From NCBI GenBank assembly GCA_964600695.1, contig CAZRKK010000006.1:1-61893 (forward strand): DNA of 61,893 nucleotides. Reading direction: 5' to 3'. The notes beneath the pieces were generated by a model that saw nothing but the letters and a program-made list of their open reading frames with translations, was not told the DNA's origin and made no database searches. A program made the position numbers and the translations under genes. The DNA comes from an uncultured Candidatus Saccharibacteria bacterium. GTDB lineage: Bacteria; Patescibacteriota; Doudnabacteria; UBA920. Below, one piece after another: positions 61,001 through 61,893 of the stretch (its first letter is position 1; each line of letters opens with the position of its first letter).

Positions 61001-61893
61001 TGTAACAGTTGGTGTGAGTGTTGCTGAAATATTTTTTATACTTTGTGTGGCTCCCCAAGGAGGGAAACCAGGACTTGCTGTATTAGCAATATTGATTACA
61101 GTACTATCTTCCTGCGCATTGCTCGCTTGAGTTATATCAATAATTCGAGAGTGATCATTACCTGTAGTTCCAGCAAGAGCAAAGAGATAATCAGAAACAG
61201 GAGCTTGTTGTGAACCGATCTGACCAGTGGTATTAATTTGGAATAAATCACCAGAACCAACAGTAAAGAGAGAGTTTGGAGAGGTATCACCAATACCAAC
61301 ATTGCCTCCATTTGTTACGAGAGCGTAGTTTGCAGTAGTTCCATTTGTAGCAGATAGTTGCAATGCGACATTTGTAGAAGTAGAACCTGCGTGAGCATTT
61401 GATATTTGTGCTCCATATGAGGTGACACCACCGGTTCCATTTGTACCTTGAAGAGAAATATTTAACCCTGTCTGAGATGCACCTGCTGCTGTTCCGTTAG
61501 ATTGTAGATCTAAGAGCTTACCGGTTGAAAGCCCATTACCTGTTATACTAGCCAAAGTCCCAGTAGTAGCAGAGTTAGCAGTTAAGTTAAAGATACCAGT
61601 ACCAGTGTAGACACCAGTGTTGGTAATACCAAGATCAGCTCCTGTAGTATTTGCGGTAGCTTGTAAGATTATGTCGTTTGCTGTGGTTGGAGAAATTGTA
61701 GTAGATGATCTAGACCAGTATCCAATAGCACCAGAAGTTGGAGCAGTAGTTGTTAATGTTCCGTTTCCTGCTGATGTATATAGAGGACCATTTGAAGTTA
61801 GAGAAGAAAAACGAATAGTGCCTGAAGAAAGAATACCGGTTGCAGCTGCAATTGCACCAGAAGAGTTTACTTGGAAAAGATCTCCGTTACCTA
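55019..61893 (-). CDS. Giant fibre-like surface protein (more than 2290 aa, N-terminus off the window) with repeated GNVGIGT modules and a LamG/concanavalin-like domain
   Basis: I checked codon by codon that the frame stays open from the listed TTG at 61555 to the window edge. The motifs (T/G)GGNVGIG(T/D)xxP...L(T/F)V recur at least four times. The LamG-like block is FTVSLWFKH...YNDGQWHHLVYTN...LYIDG, at about 57250-57700. The composition is rich in Gly, Thr, Ser, Ala and Asn. Confidence 0.8.
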   Translation of the reverse strand, partial: GNGDLFQVNSSGAIAAATGILSSGTIRFSSLTSNGPLYTSAGNGTLTTTAPTSGAIGYWSRSSTTISPTTANDIILQATANTTGADLGITNTGVYTGTGIFNLTANSATTGTLASITGNGLSTGKLLDLQSNGTAAGASQTGLNISLQGTNGTGGVTSYGAQISNAHAGSTSTNVALQLSATNGTTANYALVTNGGNVGIGDTSPNSLFTVGSGDLFQINTTGQIGSQQAPVSDYLFALAGTTGNDHSRIIDITQASNAQEDSTVINIANTASPGFPPWGATQSIKNISATLTPTVTVQGSASPAVVNIYGNEQIIDASSVTMATTASDGQTLNVYANSGAVTFSPIVNDPSGANTKNANGYGTYSSVSGAPTLTAVGGTTVFNSYGLFGQNTTSSAGNASLTYNSYGAYGEASGNLTTTGTTVHYGGYFTASGTADINYGIYSAVTGGTTNYAAILTGGNVGIGTATPAAQLTVDSNSNTSSVRILGATEASEIADIYVQSGGRIVIDTTAGSSTSGFIDLKGEDDEYGLVLRDSSGVSSGWANFYMNDVATDYLNVCLNCTNAGVTGLVVQDGGRVAVGTTAPDKALEINSSTGANLRLTYNDANGSAANYADFLMSSGGTLTIDSSSGRTGLATGDFFNTAVSGVSGAAAGDIWYDTAANKYKINENGTTKILCNTTDAGCGSGGSTAFDTIADPSGNGAINMGTTAQTLDWGATTTTDNLTVTSSATGLTSGSAFKVTSATTGSVSNGIVQLLGSANFSGSGGLFNATANSTTAGVVAKFSGTSLTTGTAVSIIGGSSMTTGSVLSASSTFVHASAETGSLDSITVTDNSSASSGTTTTNGSKINITASNDNSGGTGIVNGLSVATTIDTTAAGTKQINALNIETPTLTGCATGACTFAGLRFTGGTGSLSNLTSYGLLVDAGSGSGTEYAAAFTNGYVGIGTATPLSMLQVGAAANRGDITVYGDLKLIGADIQRTLSGIIDIFVYDTSRDSDGGEWRNSLLSQQMSWATETKDDGIGDPCVISSDDRCGTSVFPRKAILVTTADALYIFDGSDNSLWMKFTQAGTYSLGADTNNNPSGVGAQNGVVVVGTNGSAGTGMYAIDFKQDVMYRYNTTNRTQADIDIGNRNSTATYSDNAETGFAILNNIVNDVSIAVQSGSNEGSAGTLVAPIDSQGGPLRGVTIIAAANDSGVSVINMGTRKVINYSDVTNDDYNQVVMTSRGRMYATNETQAQLEEWKGVDTVSTTQANGTPGRVYDETIGKSPITTGTAPTMATTPGALAVIERSSSARESAAAGQTDSGDIVFVGTNQGLAEVHTSGGTLVAASWSKLTTTTVATPYMVGAVRAAFPFDEAVGSTNSNSAIGTGANNARLDQAGATAPTYGGGGVRGNSVNFNNNSYLCSDANDDGTCDADTIFNAGTISFTVSLWFKHSVTAASDTLFERCYTPATPAVAVGCIWAGMTSTGAIKIGLDSITTWTYETTYDDSVTSSATYNDGQWHHLVYTNTDTDICLYIDGRQAAACDTSLAATATLDASQVLTVGGACSGANCATGTNYWDGSIDDMVWSSNGGTTGDGLTAQSANKLYLDGRAHMIRPNATVTDATTFSSTTIGDSGESYVPDSFVGLVVELTGGTGAGQTRNIISNTATTFTVYPAFTVTPDTTTDYQVSPARLYGSSNNVTAISVDSPTQLNRTRKVYVGTSDGADGGGVTVYTNAGAGSIKTQVIHTDAGYPNDDLGSSWSGTGADNISAMSSYSETLAIGNGAFFRVSRNDTSLKQVQGDTLSAVEDIRQAIVAMGNFGYTQDVLGLGQGADLAEYYYSTETLDYGDVVVIDEDGDGDDILRSSGKYSGGIVGIVATRPGIILGARAENGYPVALTGRVPVKFSYENGPVKAGDYLTTSSIPGYAMRATGAGSIIGKALANSPDQSEAGICAFGEPVINIESENSDESLKTNTTSVVRCSSVLVFVEHGDFSGLPIEQLMEEMQFSLDSSDLTELPDEDGVLFDNNTFLDVEPTKQEKILAFLRAIKSQKLNTGVSSQILTDRLSATFEVITPSLVADGLEVLTIGSNGKNIDILADVTFIGRPYFNADSGGFAKIVTGDRFVDIVFERPYLEQPTVTAMITQEEDPRLAQETDKGIIDSINVLDDSKIEELFGSGLQQVITRKSVNGFRIILNKPAPQDLTFSWIALAVKKPRLVSSQVPTKSTSQDELISTSSPVDELPVDLSSPRLGDAVGEGSSETSGDVTLPDENQPVSDVTLPDENQPVSDQSIPNNALSGSDSLGLE
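55074..55145. repeat. Perfect 2 x 36-nt tandem repeat inside the 3' end of the giant gene
   Basis: TCCGATACAGGCTGGTTTTCGTCTGGAAGTGTTACA occurs at 55074-55109 and again at 55110-55145. It encodes VTLPDENQPVSD twice. Confidence 0.9.

Overview
This is a 62-kb AT-rich bacterial chromosomal window that reads cleanly with the standard genetic code. The gene content is sparse housekeeping genes among many small secreted or membrane proteins, one type IV pilin and a giant surface protein. That resembles a reduced-genome, Gram-positive-type lineage such as Patescibacteria/CPR, but this is inference only. The backbone carries ychF, rpsF-ssb-rpsR, efp, and two TrxB-type reductases flanking gdh, downstream of a CsoR/CstR-family repressor with a near-consensus promoter and a palindromic operator. 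It also carries tRNA-Glu(UUC), YibE/F, VIT1, a delta-9-type desaturase, cca, pyrD, engB, an ABC-F ATPase, tsaD and a T-box-controlled valS. There are four accessory regions. (i) A ~6-kb integrative element (about 840-7030) has a wHTH protein, a gene-II-like Rep, an Xis-type HTH and a large serine recombinase whose ORF reads into ychF. It sits next to an Erm-like methyltransferase. (ii) An ~11-kb island abuts tRNA-Glu (16183 to about 27400). It has a second large serine recombinase, a RepA-like ATPase, a minimal FtsK/SpoIIIE-type translocase and secreted-nuclease cargo. (iii) Two orphan genes each carry a copy of a duplicated 76-nt promoter module. (iv) A six-gene minus-strand surface operon (48696-61893) combines a fibre-like LamG protein of more than 2290 aa, a dockerin protein, two cohesin-like proteins and an output-less CHASE/PAS sensor. 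Several structured non-coding elements remain unexplained, including a 72-nt tmRNA-like tRNA-like domain, a hairpin array at 21030-21122 and a GC-rich palindrome at 27315-27377. All protein calls come from motif recognition by eye. No database search was run.
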